DNA of 64,000 nucleotides from positions 3,827 to 67,826 of the IMG/VR virus record IMGVR_UViG_2806310684_000002; one strand, 5' to 3'. Position 1 is the stretch's first letter; each line of letters begins with the position of its first letter. The notes beneath the pieces are model-generated. The model worked only from the letters and a program-made list of their open reading frames with translations, was not told the DNA's origin and did no database searches. This DNA comes from a virus. Lineage: Duplodnaviria; Caudoviricetes. The position numbers were made by a program, and so were the translations under genes. Below are positions 27,511 to 37,654 of the stretch, piece after piece.

Positions 27511-27858
27511 ATGGATTATATTCCTATTGATAAAGAAAACCTTCCAGAAATGTTTGACATAGATTTAGCGGATGAGACGTTCAAGCTCAAATTTGCTTAT
27601 AACGAAACCGGAGACTTTTTCACCGTAGATCTATTCCGCCCTACAGGAGAAGAAGAGGACGAAGAAATGATTATAGGTGAAAAAATGGTCCTGAATAAGC
27701 CTTTGTGGAGTGATATCACAGACTTATCTTTGCCTGCCCCTCAGTTAGTACCCATGGATTTATCAGGCATAGAAACACGCCTTACCTGGGACAATTTTGA
27801 GAAAACCGTATTTTTATATATTAATGATCAGGCAGATGATGAAGATGACCCTCTATAA
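27511..27858 (+). CDS. Baseplate protein
   Basis: YIPIDKENLP..YNETGDFFTVDL; synteny. Confidence 0.75.
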   Translation: MDYIPIDKENLPEMFDIDLADETFKLKFAYNETGDFFTVDLFRPTGEEEDEEMIIGEKMVLNKPLWSDITDLSLPAPQLVPMDLSGIETRLTWDNFEKTVFLYINDQADDEDDPL

Positions 27859-28666
27859 CTTTAAGCGCGTGATGAAAGTTAGCATCGGAAGAGCTACTTT
27901 CACGAATGAAGATCTCCATATCCGATTCGAAATTATTTTCGATGACGATATGAAACCGAATAAAAACAAAGTACAGTTGTTCAACTTATCCAAAAGTACC
28001 ATCTCAACATTCAAGCAAGGCGATACATTAACTGTACAGGCTGGATATTCCAATGATGTGGGAGTATTGAGTGAGGGCAAAGTATACAGCATCAAAACAA
28101 GCTTCGATGGAGTAGACAAGATAACCACCATCTATTCCTCAGAGGGTGATGATTACACCAAAAAGAAGATAGACAGTAAGACAGCAGACAAAGGGAAAAA
28201 GGACTCCATAACCTTTAAGAAGAACAGCAAAGGCTCAACCATGATCAGAAGGATGCTGGATTTATTAGATATCAAATTAGGCGCCCCCATGAAGCTTAAG
28301 AACGATAAAGTTTACAAGAAGGGCTATACCATATCTAAACTGATTTACAACGACTTAGAGGATATTGTGAGGGATTGCGGCAGCATCATTTACCATCGCC
28401 GTGGAAAATTGGTCATTAGGCCATTGAAAGAAGGTACTGACGAGCGCTTTGTGTTAGAAGAAGCAAGCGGATTAATTGGAAGCCCATCAGTCTTTACAGA
28501 AAATAATAAAACCGGGTATTCGGTTAAATGTTTAATGCAACACAGAATTACCACATGCAGCATCATCGAGCTTAAATCCAAAACAGCTAATGGGAAGTAT
28601 CGAGCTTTCAAAGGAAAACATGTAGCGGATAAAAATGACTTCTATACGGAGTTTTCATGTGAATAA
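27845..28666 (+). CDS. Baseplate hub protein
   Basis: LFNLS..AGY..GLIGSP; synteny. Confidence 0.75.
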   Translation: MTLYNFKRVMKVSIGRATFTNEDLHIRFEIIFDDDMKPNKNKVQLFNLSKSTISTFKQGDTLTVQAGYSNDVGVLSEGKVYSIKTSFDGVDKITTIYSSEGDDYTKKKIDSKTADKGKKDSITFKKNSKGSTMIRRMLDLLDIKLGAPMKLKNDKVYKKGYTISKLIYNDLEDIVRDCGSIIYHRRGKLVIRPLKEGTDERFVLEEASGLIGSPSVFTENNKTGYSVKCLMQHRITTCSIIELKSKTANGKYRAFKGKHVADKNDFYTEFSCE

Positions 28667-28678
28667 GTGGGTGAATAT

Positions 28679-29029
28679 ATGAGCTCAGAATCTCTTTTTA
28701 TAGAAAACTTAATCAAAAATATCATGCTTCAAATTCACACGAATTTACCTGCACGTGTAATTTCTTATGATGGTAGCACCAAGCCACCCGAAGCAGATAT
28801 CGAAATATTATTTATGTCCAAAAGTAAAAGCGGTGAATTAAGCAAATATCCATTAGTTCAGTCGGTACCTTGTTTGCGTCATGTGGGGCCTTTAATTAAA
28901 GGAGATGTGATCCAGGTAGCGGTAGCAGAAAGGGCAATGGATGAATTGCAAAATGTTCCCTTTGATCCTGGCATGCGGCGGATGTTTAACCTAAATGACG
29001 CAGTTGTGATTGGGGTGTTTGATTTATGA
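28679..29029 (+). CDS. Baseplate spike (Gp138-like)
   Basis: LPARVISYD..RMFNLNDAVVIG. Confidence 0.75.
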   Translation: MSSESLFIENLIKNIMLQIHTNLPARVISYDGSTKPPEADIEILFMSKSKSGELSKYPLVQSVPCLRHVGPLIKGDVIQVAVAERAMDELQNVPFDPGMRRMFNLNDAVVIGVFDL

Positions 29030-29382
29030 AGTCATTCAAATTAGATGAAAAAGGAGATCTGATTTTACAAAATGGATCATTCATCATGATAGAAGGGGAT
29101 GAAGAACTTGCACAACAAGCCCGCATCTCCATAAAAACAGAAAAAGGCGAATGGTTTTTAGATCCGGAAGAAGGGATGGATCGGGGCCCTCTTTTTTCAA
29201 AGTTTTTTAATGAAGCTGAAGCGAAAGATAATATTTTGGAATCTACGATGGGTACCAGTGAACCATTAAATTTTGAAAGTATTATTTTTAATCGGGATAC
29301 AAGAAATAGAAAATTGACGGTTGATATCATTATGCGAAAGGAAGATGATGAAACGTTAGCGCTGGAAGGAGTTGAGTTTTAA
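29026..29382 (+). CDS. Baseplate wedge / sheath initiator (DUF2634-like)
   Basis: KGEWFLDPEEG. Confidence 0.8.
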   Translation: MKSFKLDEKGDLILQNGSFIMIEGDEELAQQARISIKTEKGEWFLDPEEGMDRGPLFSKFFNEAEAKDNILESTMGTSEPLNFESIIFNRDTRNRKLTVDIIMRKEDDETLALEGVEF

Positions 29383-30566
29383 TGGCATGGGGCCTTTCCG
29401 AAAAAGGATTTAATCGTCCAAACCAAGCGGATTTAAAAGAGGAAATTGATCAAAGGCAAAAAGAATTGTTTGGCGAGGATGTAAACTTGTCTTACAAAAG
29501 CCCAAATGGTATTATCAGTGGTCTTTTATCTTGGGTGCTGGCAAAAGTGTGGGAACTTGGGGAGGCGATTTATCATAGCGGACATCCTTCCGAAGCGACG
29601 GATAAGAACCTGGATTATTTAACGAGCTACTTTTTAACTTCTCGGAATCCTGAACTTTCTGCAGAAGGTCAGGTAGACATAGTTGGAACACCAAATTTTG
29701 TTGTGGTTGCTGGAACAAGATACGAAAAAGAATCAGGTATTGAATATGCCGTTAAAGAAAATGTGACATTAAGTTCAATCGGAACCGGCACAGCAGAGGT
29801 TGTAAGTCTTACACCAGGGATAATTGGAAACGCATTACCTGGAGAAATTACCATTCAAAGCGAACCAAGTTCAAGTGTGGAATCGGTAACGAATTCGCAA
29901 GCCATTACAGGCGGACGAGAAAAAGAAACGGATGTTGAGTTAAGAAAAAGATTGTTAGATACGAACGGGATTAAAGGATACGCAACGCCTAACAGTATTG
30001 TTTCGGCCGTTCAGAACGTTTTAGGTGTTCGCGCTGCAAACGTTCATAATAACAACACAAATGCCACAGTTAACGGAACACCTCCTAACAGTTATCAAGT
30101 CTATGTATTAGGTGGAAATGGACAAGAAATTGCAGAAGCTATATTCGATAAGGGGCCAGCCGGTATTGAGCCTTATGGAACCTCATCTTTTCAAGTTAAG
30201 GATATAAGCGGCATTCCCCATAAAGTTTCCTATACACCCGCCAATACGGTTAACATATTTGCTAGCGTAGACTTGACAACTGATAATACTTTCCAAAGTA
30301 CAAGTATTACAGAGGTTAAAGATACCATCGTTCGATTCGTTGGTGGGACGGCAAGTGACGGATCTATTTATACTGGGTTGAACATGGGGGATAAGGTTAT
30401 TGTCCAACAACTAAACTTCGAAGTGATGCAAATTCAAGGGGTTAAAGATGTTGGAATAAAGATTGGTAAAACGGCTGGATCCTTAGCAACAAGTAATATC
30501 AATATTGCTACAAATGAAGTGGCTCAAACAAATGCAGCTAATATCTCGGTTGCGGTGACCATATGA
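29382..30566 (+). CDS. Baseplate J/gp47 protein
   Basis: GGREKETDVELRKR; PAGIEPYG. Confidence 0.92.
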   Translation: MAWGLSEKGFNRPNQADLKEEIDQRQKELFGEDVNLSYKSPNGIISGLLSWVLAKVWELGEAIYHSGHPSEATDKNLDYLTSYFLTSRNPELSAEGQVDIVGTPNFVVVAGTRYEKESGIEYAVKENVTLSSIGTGTAEVVSLTPGIIGNALPGEITIQSEPSSSVESVTNSQAITGGREKETDVELRKRLLDTNGIKGYATPNSIVSAVQNVLGVRAANVHNNNTNATVNGTPPNSYQVYVLGGNGQEIAEAIFDKGPAGIEPYGTSSFQVKDISGIPHKVSYTPANTVNIFASVDLTTDNTFQSTSITEVKDTIVRFVGGTASDGSIYTGLNMGDKVIVQQLNFEVMQIQGVKDVGIKIGKTAGSLATSNINIATNEVAQTNAANISVAVTI

Positions 30567-31204
30567 TTTCATTCATTGATACTTTTCGGAAATTAACGGA
30601 TGTCTTTACCAAGAACCCTGATTCGTTGATTGGGAAATTTATATTGCTGATTACCGAGAAAACAAATGAGGTACGCTTAACTTTTGAAAAAATTGAATCT
30701 TGGCGTGATATTCAGCAAGCTAAAGGGACAACGCTTGATTTAATCGGTAAAGGCTGGGGGCAGGAGCGCGGAAACGTAAGTGACGAAGTGCTAAGGCTGC
30801 TCATAATGGCAAGAATCGCCCGTAATAACAGCAACGGAACATTTAATAACATGATAGAGGTATTAGCAAGAACGTTGAATACGAACCCCTCTACAATCAA
30901 AATGAGGGCTTTGTATGAGGTTGCGGAAGGAAAAAAGGCTGCAGCACTTAGGATAGAAGGTTTGCCAATCAAGGCATTAAATGATGCGGGCCTATCCACC
31001 CAACAATTTGCTTTTTTGGTGCAAAGGGTCGCACCAGCTGGTGTTAAAGTAGAAAGCATTAGTTTACAAGGGACGTTCAGAATGTCCCGCATTAAAAATC
31101 AAGTAGAGACGAGCGCTCAAGGTTTTGCACCTGTAGACCAAAGCAGAGGTGGCACACTAAGCGCTATTTACGAGCCTTCTGAGGAAAATGACTTACCAAT
31201 TTAA
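30563..31204 (+). CDS. Baseplate wedge protein (DUF2612-like)
   Basis: AKGTTLDLIG..R; PAGVKV. Confidence 0.8.
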   Translation: MISFIDTFRKLTDVFTKNPDSLIGKFILLITEKTNEVRLTFEKIESWRDIQQAKGTTLDLIGKGWGQERGNVSDEVLRLLIMARIARNNSNGTFNNMIEVLARTLNTNPSTIKMRALYEVAEGKKAAALRIEGLPIKALNDAGLSTQQFAFLVQRVAPAGVKVESISLQGTFRMSRIKNQVETSAQGFAPVDQSRGGTLSAIYEPSEENDLPI

Positions 31205-31216
31205 GGAGGTATCTGA

Positions 31217-31993
31217 ATGCCGTTTAATCAAGTATTACTTCCGGTATGGACCGCCGTTGGTTCAGCGCCACCGGAATCAAAGAAAAATATTGGATATCTT
31301 CCTGATGAGCACCCACCTGCGGACTGGTGGAATTGGCAAATGAATTTAACGTACCGCGCTTTGAAGGACTTACAAGATAACGCTGCGGACAAAACGCCCG
31401 TTACTACAACAACAAATGGTTTAATGAGTAAGGAAGATAAGATTAAGTTAAATGGAGTTTCGACAGGGGCGAATAATTATGTTCATCCTTCTACACATCC
31501 AGCAACTATGATTATTCAGGATATGAATAACAGGATGTTGACCGATGTTCAGATTCAGTATTTAAGCGAAAAAGCGGATACGACAACAGCAACGACAGCC
31601 AAAAACGGTTTAATGAGTAAAGAAGACAAAAAGTACTTAGAGGATTTAAAGAGTACACCATGGATCAATTTGACATTACAAAATGGGGTTAAGTCATACC
31701 AATCGAACCGAACACCACAATACAAAAAGATTGGGAACATTGTATATTTACGTGGCGCAGTCACAAATGTATTAGCGAATGGTACGATAATGGCAACTTT
31801 ACCAATTGGATATAGACCTCTTGATATGACGCATAACTACGCACAAAACGGGAGTAATATATCTGGGCGATCAACAAATACAAGGATTTCCGTTACGACT
31901 GTTGGTGAAATTATTATGGATGGAGCGTCCGAGCTTTCCCAATACGAAGATGGTAAGTGGTTCCCTATTAACACAAGCTTTCCGGTTGATTAA
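31217..31993 (+). CDS. Tail fiber protein
   Basis: HPPADWWNW; two NGLMSKEDK repeats; YKKIGNIVYLRG..LPIGYRP. Confidence 0.82.
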   Translation: MPFNQVLLPVWTAVGSAPPESKKNIGYLPDEHPPADWWNWQMNLTYRALKDLQDNAADKTPVTTTTNGLMSKEDKIKLNGVSTGANNYVHPSTHPATMIIQDMNNRMLTDVQIQYLSEKADTTTATTAKNGLMSKEDKKYLEDLKSTPWINLTLQNGVKSYQSNRTPQYKKIGNIVYLRGAVTNVLANGTIMATLPIGYRPLDMTHNYAQNGSNISGRSTNTRISVTTVGEIIMDGASELSQYEDGKWFPINTSFPVD

Positions 31994-32006
31994 ATAGAAA
32001 AGGAGG

Positions 32007-32366
32007 ATGGAAATGAAGTTAGCCTATAAGTATGATAAGAACACTTTGCAATATGTACCAGGCGGAGACATTCTATTGAATGACAATGACCCAATACCTA
32101 AATGGTACACAGACAACCCGCCAGTGACAACAGGTGGCCAGGGAATGTATAAACCCAAGTTCGTCAACGGGCTTTGGGAAGAAGCATCAGAAAACACAAT
32201 CCCCATTCCTCCAGTCTTGCCGAAAACTGAAATGGAGATTTTGCAAGAAGATAACTTGGCATTGAAGATGGCAATTGCTGAAATGGCTGAAAAAATAGAA
32301 AGTGAGAAAATTGAAATGATGCTTGCGGTTGCTGAGTTAGCAGAATTAATCAAAGGCGGTGCTTGA
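32007..32366 (+). CDS. Tail fiber assembly-like protein
   Basis: Synteny; C-terminal LAVAELAE coiled coil. Confidence 0.6.
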   Translation: MEMKLAYKYDKNTLQYVPGGDILLNDNDPIPKWYTDNPPVTTGGQGMYKPKFVNGLWEEASENTIPIPPVLPKTEMEILQEDNLALKMAIAEMAEKIESEKIEMMLAVAELAELIKGGA

Positions 32367-32368
32367 TT

Positions 32369-32476
32369 GTGGCAAAAATTTATTATGATTTAATCAAACT
32401 AAAATTAAGGAAAATAGAAAACGTCCCTTTAGCTTGGAAGCAGGCCACACAAGATATGTTGGACGCTGATAAATAG
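32369..32476 (+). CDS. CD1375/XkdX-like small protein
   Basis: MAKIYYDLIK..IENVP.W. Confidence 0.65.
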   Translation: MAKIYYDLIKLKLRKIENVPLAWKQATQDMLDADK

Positions 32477-32541
32477 GCGAGGTTTTCAAGTCATCCTGTT
32501 ATGGAGGCTTTTTTATTTTGTCTAAAAAAAGGAGTGAAAAC

Positions 32542-34902
32542 ATGAAGGATGTAAATGTTAATTTCCCGCCAACTGCTTCACCGAGTAGATCGGTAACTGC
32601 TGGTGATGTTGAATCACTGGTAACGCAAGTTAAGGCAGATGTCGAAGGCCAACTTAGTGCAGTTTCGGAACAATTGACTGGTGCGGTTAAAAAAGTTAAT
32701 GGAGTTGCACCTGTAAACGGTAATGTATCTATTCCTATTCCAGAAGTGGATACAAGTAAATTGGCAACAAAAACTGAACTAGGTGATATAGCAACAATCC
32801 CTCAGGCAAACGTGGTGGCTGCCTTGAAGGATAAAGACGATAAAATCGCTGGAGTTACCGCACAGTTGGCCGATACTGCGACAAAAACAGAACTGTCTAC
32901 ATCTGTTGCTCCTAAAGCTGATAAAACTTACGTAGATACCGAGGTAGGAAAGAAATTAGACAAAACAGGTACTATTGCAATTAATCAAATTGATAAAAAC
33001 AAAGGATTGATAGATGAAACGTATTTATCCGATACCTTAAAAGCGCAGATGGCAGGTACAACAGCAATTGGTCCAACTCCACCCAATAGAAGTATCACTC
33101 TTGCAAAGACTACATTCGCTAAGACAGGGAAAAACTTATTCAATAAAAATAAAGTTACCCCAGGATCTAGAGTTTCTAATACAACGGGCGAACTTGTTGC
33201 TGATGCTGCATTCGATTCGAGTGAACATATCCCAATATCCCCCAATACACAGTATGTAAAAGTAGGGGGTTACGCTTATGCGACATATACTTCAAATGGT
33301 GTTTTTATAAGTGGTGGATTGACTACCTCGTTTACAACTCCTGCCAATGCAGCAACAGTAAGATTTTCTACAACGCCAGCACTAGCGAATACTCAACAAC
33401 TAGAATTAGGCACTGTACCCACAGCCTACGAAGCGTTTAAAGAAATGATTGAATCGAAGTATGTTGAGAAAACGCCAATAATGCTCTCGGATATACCACC
33501 ATTGTCAGTAGGATCTCTTTCTTTTAGTAAATCAGGTAGCAATCTATTTAATAAAGATGATGTTGTTGCTAATAGTTATATTAGTGGAACAACAGGTGCA
33601 GTAACGGCTACTTCTGGATTTACTGCAGGTGGTTTTTTACCAATTTCACCAAATACATCATATATTATTAAGGTGCTTCGGCATATCGCTTATTATGATA
33701 CGAATAAAACGTATATAAGTGGGGTATCAGGATCGCCTATATCAAATTATCAAGCAACAACTCCTGCAAATGCTGCTTATATGCGTTTTAGTTGGTATAC
33801 CGGTGATGGCGCAACTGTTGATACTCAACAAGTGAATAAGGGAACTGAATTATTACCCTATGAGAATTTTGGGTTAAAGATAGCAAAGGAATATCTAGAA
33901 TTACCTGGTCTTTCAGGTGAACCAGACCGCAAATCGATTTTACCTCCAAATATTTACGGAGTTGTAGGGAAGGAAGTTAATATTTATTTTCAAAACACTT
34001 TAACAGTTCCGCAAAACGATGTACAAATAGATGTTACGTGTTCAGTAGGTAGACAAGATGAACGTAAGTGGACTTGTACGCCTACTATAGCTGGAACATA
34101 TCCCTTAACAATCACTGTATACCGAAACTTTAACCTGGTTAAGCAAGTAACAACTAACTTCATCGTAAAGGCTGCTACAGTTGGTGCAGGGAATAAAAAA
34201 GTACTTATTATCGGTGACAGTACTGTTAATGATGGAAGAATGACACAACGGCTATTAGATTTAACAGCAAGTGACCCTATGAAAGTTTCATTACTAGGCA
34301 CCAGAGGGGCAACTTCTAATAAACATGAGGGGCGCGGTGGATGGACAGCCGCACAGTATAGGACGGGTGATTTGTATCTGGGGGTGGCTAACCCATTCTA
34401 TAATTCTGCAGTTAGTGACTTTGATTTTAGTTACTACATGACGAACCAAGGATATGCTTCTTTAGATTATGTGGGAATTTGTTTAGGTATTAACGATACT
34501 TTTACGTACAATAATGATACTGATCTTCTAAATGCAATCCCAACAATTTTGGGTCATTTTGATGCAATGATTAACAAAATTAAAGTATATAGCTCTACAA
34601 TTAAAGTGGGGATATTCGTCACGATACCACCAAATGAAAATCAAGATTCTTTTGGGTTGGCATACGGAAATGGTCAAACGCAATGGAGATATAAACGTAA
34701 TAATGCATTGTGGATTGATGAAGTAATCAAGTACTTCAAAGGTAAAGAAGCGCAAGGAATTTATCTTATTCCTGATAATACTAATATTGATGCCAAAAAT
34801 GGCTTTGACATTGACGCTAATGGCGGTGTGCATCCTAATGCCACGGGTTATAATCAACGTGGTGATACTTTGTATTACTGGCTTAAATCGTTTGAATCTT
34901 AA
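32542..34902 (+). CDS. Receptor-binding / tail spike protein with carbohydrate-binding-like repeats and an SGNH hydrolase domain
   Basis: Two (K/S)NLFNK...TTPANAA modules; IIGDS, EGRGGW, LGIND and GGVHPN SGNH blocks. Confidence 0.85.
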   Translation: MKDVNVNFPPTASPSRSVTAGDVESLVTQVKADVEGQLSAVSEQLTGAVKKVNGVAPVNGNVSIPIPEVDTSKLATKTELGDIATIPQANVVAALKDKDDKIAGVTAQLADTATKTELSTSVAPKADKTYVDTEVGKKLDKTGTIAINQIDKNKGLIDETYLSDTLKAQMAGTTAIGPTPPNRSITLAKTTFAKTGKNLFNKNKVTPGSRVSNTTGELVADAAFDSSEHIPISPNTQYVKVGGYAYATYTSNGVFISGGLTTSFTTPANAATVRFSTTPALANTQQLELGTVPTAYEAFKEMIESKYVEKTPIMLSDIPPLSVGSLSFSKSGSNLFNKDDVVANSYISGTTGAVTATSGFTAGGFLPISPNTSYIIKVLRHIAYYDTNKTYISGVSGSPISNYQATTPANAAYMRFSWYTGDGATVDTQQVNKGTELLPYENFGLKIAKEYLELPGLSGEPDRKSILPPNIYGVVGKEVNIYFQNTLTVPQNDVQIDVTCSVGRQDERKWTCTPTIAGTYPLTITVYRNFNLVKQVTTNFIVKAATVGAGNKKVLIIGDSTVNDGRMTQRLLDLTASDPMKVSLLGTRGATSNKHEGRGGWTAAQYRTGDLYLGVANPFYNSAVSDFDFSYYMTNQGYASLDYVGICLGINDTFTYNNDTDLLNAIPTILGHFDAMINKIKVYSSTIKVGIFVTIPPNENQDSFGLAYGNGQTQWRYKRNNALWIDEVIKYFKGKEAQGIYLIPDNTNIDAKNGFDIDANGGVHPNATGYNQRGDTLYYWLKSFES
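32860..32881. repeat. In-frame cassette-boundary site (GCACAGT-TGGCCGAT-ACTGCGA; encodes AQLADTA)
   Basis: Left arm identical to the site at 2374; same 8-bp spacer geometry. Confidence 0.7.
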
Positions 34903-34903
34903 T

Positions 34904-34925
34904 AATTAGTAGGAACAAACTGTGC
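34904..34925. repeat. Cassette-boundary site (AATTAGT-AGGAACAA-ACTGTGC)
   Basis: 1 bp after the stop codon of the RBP gene. Confidence 0.75.
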
Positions 34926-35014
34926 GGTAACAAAATACTCTGAAGGTTAAAAATTTTTGATATCAGATATTAATGTATCAGTTATAATGATGGTAAACCA
35001 TTGGAGGTGTTTAG

Positions 35015-35251
35015 GTGATTGAAGTATTTGTAGATCATTCTTATGAAGATGATTACCATTGTATATCTCAAATAAATGTTAATTTAGCAGAAGACGAAAA
35101 CAAAAGGATTAATAAAATATTGTCCGAAAATAACGATTTTGGCGGTGCTATTTTTAACTCAGGTTTAGATGTAGAGTTATTTTTAAGCAATGCCCTAAAC
35201 GTTGACCAAAATTGCATCAACATTGAGATCTTAGAAATTGATCTATTATAG
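35015..35251 (+). CDS. Moron: small acidic protein
   Basis: Own TATAAT, RBS GGAGGTG and downstream terminator; AT-rich. Confidence 0.7.
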   Translation: MIEVFVDHSYEDDYHCISQINVNLAEDENKRINKILSENNDFGGAIFNSGLDVELFLSNALNVDQNCINIEILEIDLL

Positions 35252-35338
35252 TGAACAGCATATTTAAGTCGTCCCAAAGGGCGGCTTTTTTTTATGGATA
35301 AACATTATAGACAGAGATAAATAATTTCAAAGGGGGCC

Positions 35339-35782
35339 ATGAATGTGCTAAAGCAGAGAGGGGAACCACCACTTATGAAAACGATGATCTGGCCATTCGA
35401 AATAGTAATGTCTTTTGTATCACTTGGTTGGGCATATGTCATGTTCAGACAAATCAATTTGTTTGAGGAGCAGTCTTCACGTTGGTTAGTATTAAATGCC
35501 ACATTAGATGAGTGGGCCGTTGGGGTCATTACTCTTACACTAGCCTTGATTAAAATTTATGGTTTTGTTTTAAAAAGTAACAAATGGAGAAAAGTCGGAC
35601 TAACGCTATCAGGTGTTTGGTGGAGTTTGATTTGCGTTGCGATTACTATGGGGGATGGATCCTTCAGTATTGGTACAGGTAGTGTAGCTTATGCTGGCTA
35701 TGCTTTTTTGTGCTTCCTGACCAGTTCGTCAATTAAGGAGGGGGAGAAGGTTGACGATTCCCACGAACGAAGCGTTAGCTGA
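35339..35782 (+). CDS. Four-TM membrane protein in the lysis module
   Basis: Four hydrophobic segments. Confidence 0.7.
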   Translation: MNVLKQRGEPPLMKTMIWPFEIVMSFVSLGWAYVMFRQINLFEEQSSRWLVLNATLDEWAVGVITLTLALIKIYGFVLKSNKWRKVGLTLSGVWWSLICVAITMGDGSFSIGTGSVAYAGYAFLCFLTSSSIKEGEKVDDSHERSVS

Positions 35783-36245
35783 ACAAAATAAGAATCAACA
35801 GTATCAGTTAAACGACATTAAAGACGATGTTAAAGACATCAAGGGTATATTGAGAAACTATGAGGATAGGATGCGGAAAACTGAAGAGTCAGCTTTATTA
35901 GGAAAAGAAACCATGGTTGGATTTAAAGAAGCCATAACTGAAATGAAGTCGTTTTTCCAAAACCTTACCACCAAGCTCGATAAACAAAATGAAGATATGA
36001 ATTCCAAAATTGATGAACAAAATAAACACTTGAATACAAAGATTGACGATCAAAACAAAAATGTAAATACAAAGATAGATGAGCAAAACCAAAAGATTGA
36101 TGTATTTATTACACAAAAAGAAATAGAAAAGAGCAAAGGAACTGGTGCTTTTAAGATTGCTCTAGTCAATGCTGCCACCTCGATATGCGTCGGGGTAATT
36201 GGTTTAGTTACAGCTATATGGTCAGGGTGGATAAAATTACCCTAA
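35751..36245 (+). CDS. Coiled-coil protein with C-terminal TM (XhlA-like lysis accessory)
   Basis: 11-aa K(I/L)DxQN repeats; C-terminal hydrophobic helix. Confidence 0.65.
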   Translation: MTIPTNEALAEQNKNQQYQLNDIKDDVKDIKGILRNYEDRMRKTEESALLGKETMVGFKEAITEMKSFFQNLTTKLDKQNEDMNSKIDEQNKHLNTKIDDQNKNVNTKIDEQNQKIDVFITQKEIEKSKGTGAFKIALVNAATSICVGVIGLVTAIWSGWIKLP

Positions 36246-36259
36246 AGGAGAGGGATTAG

Positions 36260-36526
36260 ATGATTAATTGGAAAGTGAGATTTAAAAATCCATTGTTTAT
36301 AACACAATTATTTTTAGCTGTTTTTGTACCGATTCTCGGTTATTTTGGATTAACTGCACAGGATTTAACTACATGGGGTTCTGTTTATAATTTGTTGGTT
36401 GATTCACTTTCTAATCCATATGTAGTTGTGATCATGGTAATTAGTTTGTGGAATGCAATTAATGACCCGACAACAAAGGGTGTTAAGGATAGCCCAAGTG
36501 CGATGAACTATAACGAACCAAAATAA
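36260..36526 (+). CDS. Holin, phi LC3 family
   Basis: MINWKVRFKN..DPTTKGVKDS. Confidence 0.93.
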   Translation: MINWKVRFKNPLFITQLFLAVFVPILGYFGLTAQDLTTWGSVYNLLVDSLSNPYVVVIMVISLWNAINDPTTKGVKDSPSAMNYNEPK

Positions 36527-36581
36527 GCTGCCTTCGGGTGGCTTTTTATTATGACTTTAAATTAAAAGGAGACGATGGGAA

Positions 36582-37559
36582 ATGACAGTAGCATTGCAAA
36601 CTTTATTAGATCGTTCAATTAAAAACATGGGTTCTGGAATGAATTCAGTAGTGAAAGCCTCTGCTTTAGAAATGATTAAACGGGCTTACAAAGAAGGTAT
36701 CTATGCTCAAATCAGTGCTGGCTTTAGGTCGATGGAAGAACAGGCAGCTCTTTACGGCCAGGGGCGACTTTTTTATAGTTACCGCGGCAAAAACTACGCT
36801 GATTTATCTAAACCTCAGGTTACCAAAGCGAAGCCTGGTCAATCCTTTCATAACTTTGGCGTAGCAATCGATTTCTTCATTGTAAGCGATGATGGAAAGA
36901 ATGCAATCTGGACCATTAATACAAAGTGGACACGAGTGGCCTCCATTGGTAAAGAATTAGGCTTTAAATGGGGTGGAGATTGGACAGGCTTTAAGGATTA
37001 TCCTCACTTGGAAATGACGGGTGGATTGTCTTATGCACAAATGCAATTAGGGAAAAAGCCAAGTCTATCATTGAAATTTAAGGATGATGATGATATTGCT
37101 GTCATTGAGCCACCTAAGAAAGATGTAGACTCGGAAGTCACCAAGGAGCCTTCCAAGGATAATGGTGACAGAACGATCGTATCCATTCAGAAAACATTAA
37201 ATAGCCGTTATGATGCCGGTCTTGTTGTGGATGGTATTAATGGACCTAAAACTCAAACAGCTCTGATCAAAGCGTTGCAAACCGAGCTTAACAAGCAGTT
37301 TAATAAAAAGCTTATTGTGGACGGAAAATGGGGAGCTAAGACAAAGGCGGCCATTGTTACCCTTGAAAAAGGAGCGAAAGGAAATTTGACTTGGATTCTC
37401 CAAGCCGCGCTTTACACAGAAGGATATAAGCCGGGAACACTGGATTCTATCTTTGGACAAGCTACAGAAACGGCATTGGCAAAATTCCAAAAGGCTAAAA
37501 TGATTGCTGCAGATAAGAAGGCCGGAAAAGCTACTTTCGCTGAATTATTTGCTGCATAA
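36582..37559 (+). CDS. Endolysin: M15 L-Ala-D-Glu peptidase with peptidoglycan-binding domains
   Basis: RSMEEQAALY..SFHNFGVAID..WGGDW..DYPHLE; VDGINGPKT repeats. Confidence 0.93.
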   Translation: MTVALQTLLDRSIKNMGSGMNSVVKASALEMIKRAYKEGIYAQISAGFRSMEEQAALYGQGRLFYSYRGKNYADLSKPQVTKAKPGQSFHNFGVAIDFFIVSDDGKNAIWTINTKWTRVASIGKELGFKWGGDWTGFKDYPHLEMTGGLSYAQMQLGKKPSLSLKFKDDDDIAVIEPPKKDVDSEVTKEPSKDNGDRTIVSIQKTLNSRYDAGLVVDGINGPKTQTALIKALQTELNKQFNKKLIVDGKWGAKTKAAIVTLEKGAKGNLTWILQAALYTEGYKPGTLDSIFGQATETALAKFQKAKMIAADKKAGKATFAELFAA

Positions 37560-37619
37560 ACAATAAATAATTGGAGAATGTACTACTATGGTACAAACTC
37601 CACCAGGTACCCCACTTAA

Positions 37620-37654
37620 AAAGCCCTTACTCATTGAGTAGGGGCAATTTTTTA
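37620..37654. terminator. Bidirectional terminator after the endolysin
   Basis: GCCCTTACTCA-T-TGAGTAGGGGC flanked by A and T runs. Confidence 0.8.

Noticed and set aside
14022-34857. Numerous minus-strand ORFs in the ORF track opposite structural genes
   Set aside because: Shadow frames of well-supported plus-strand genes with no recognisable motifs.
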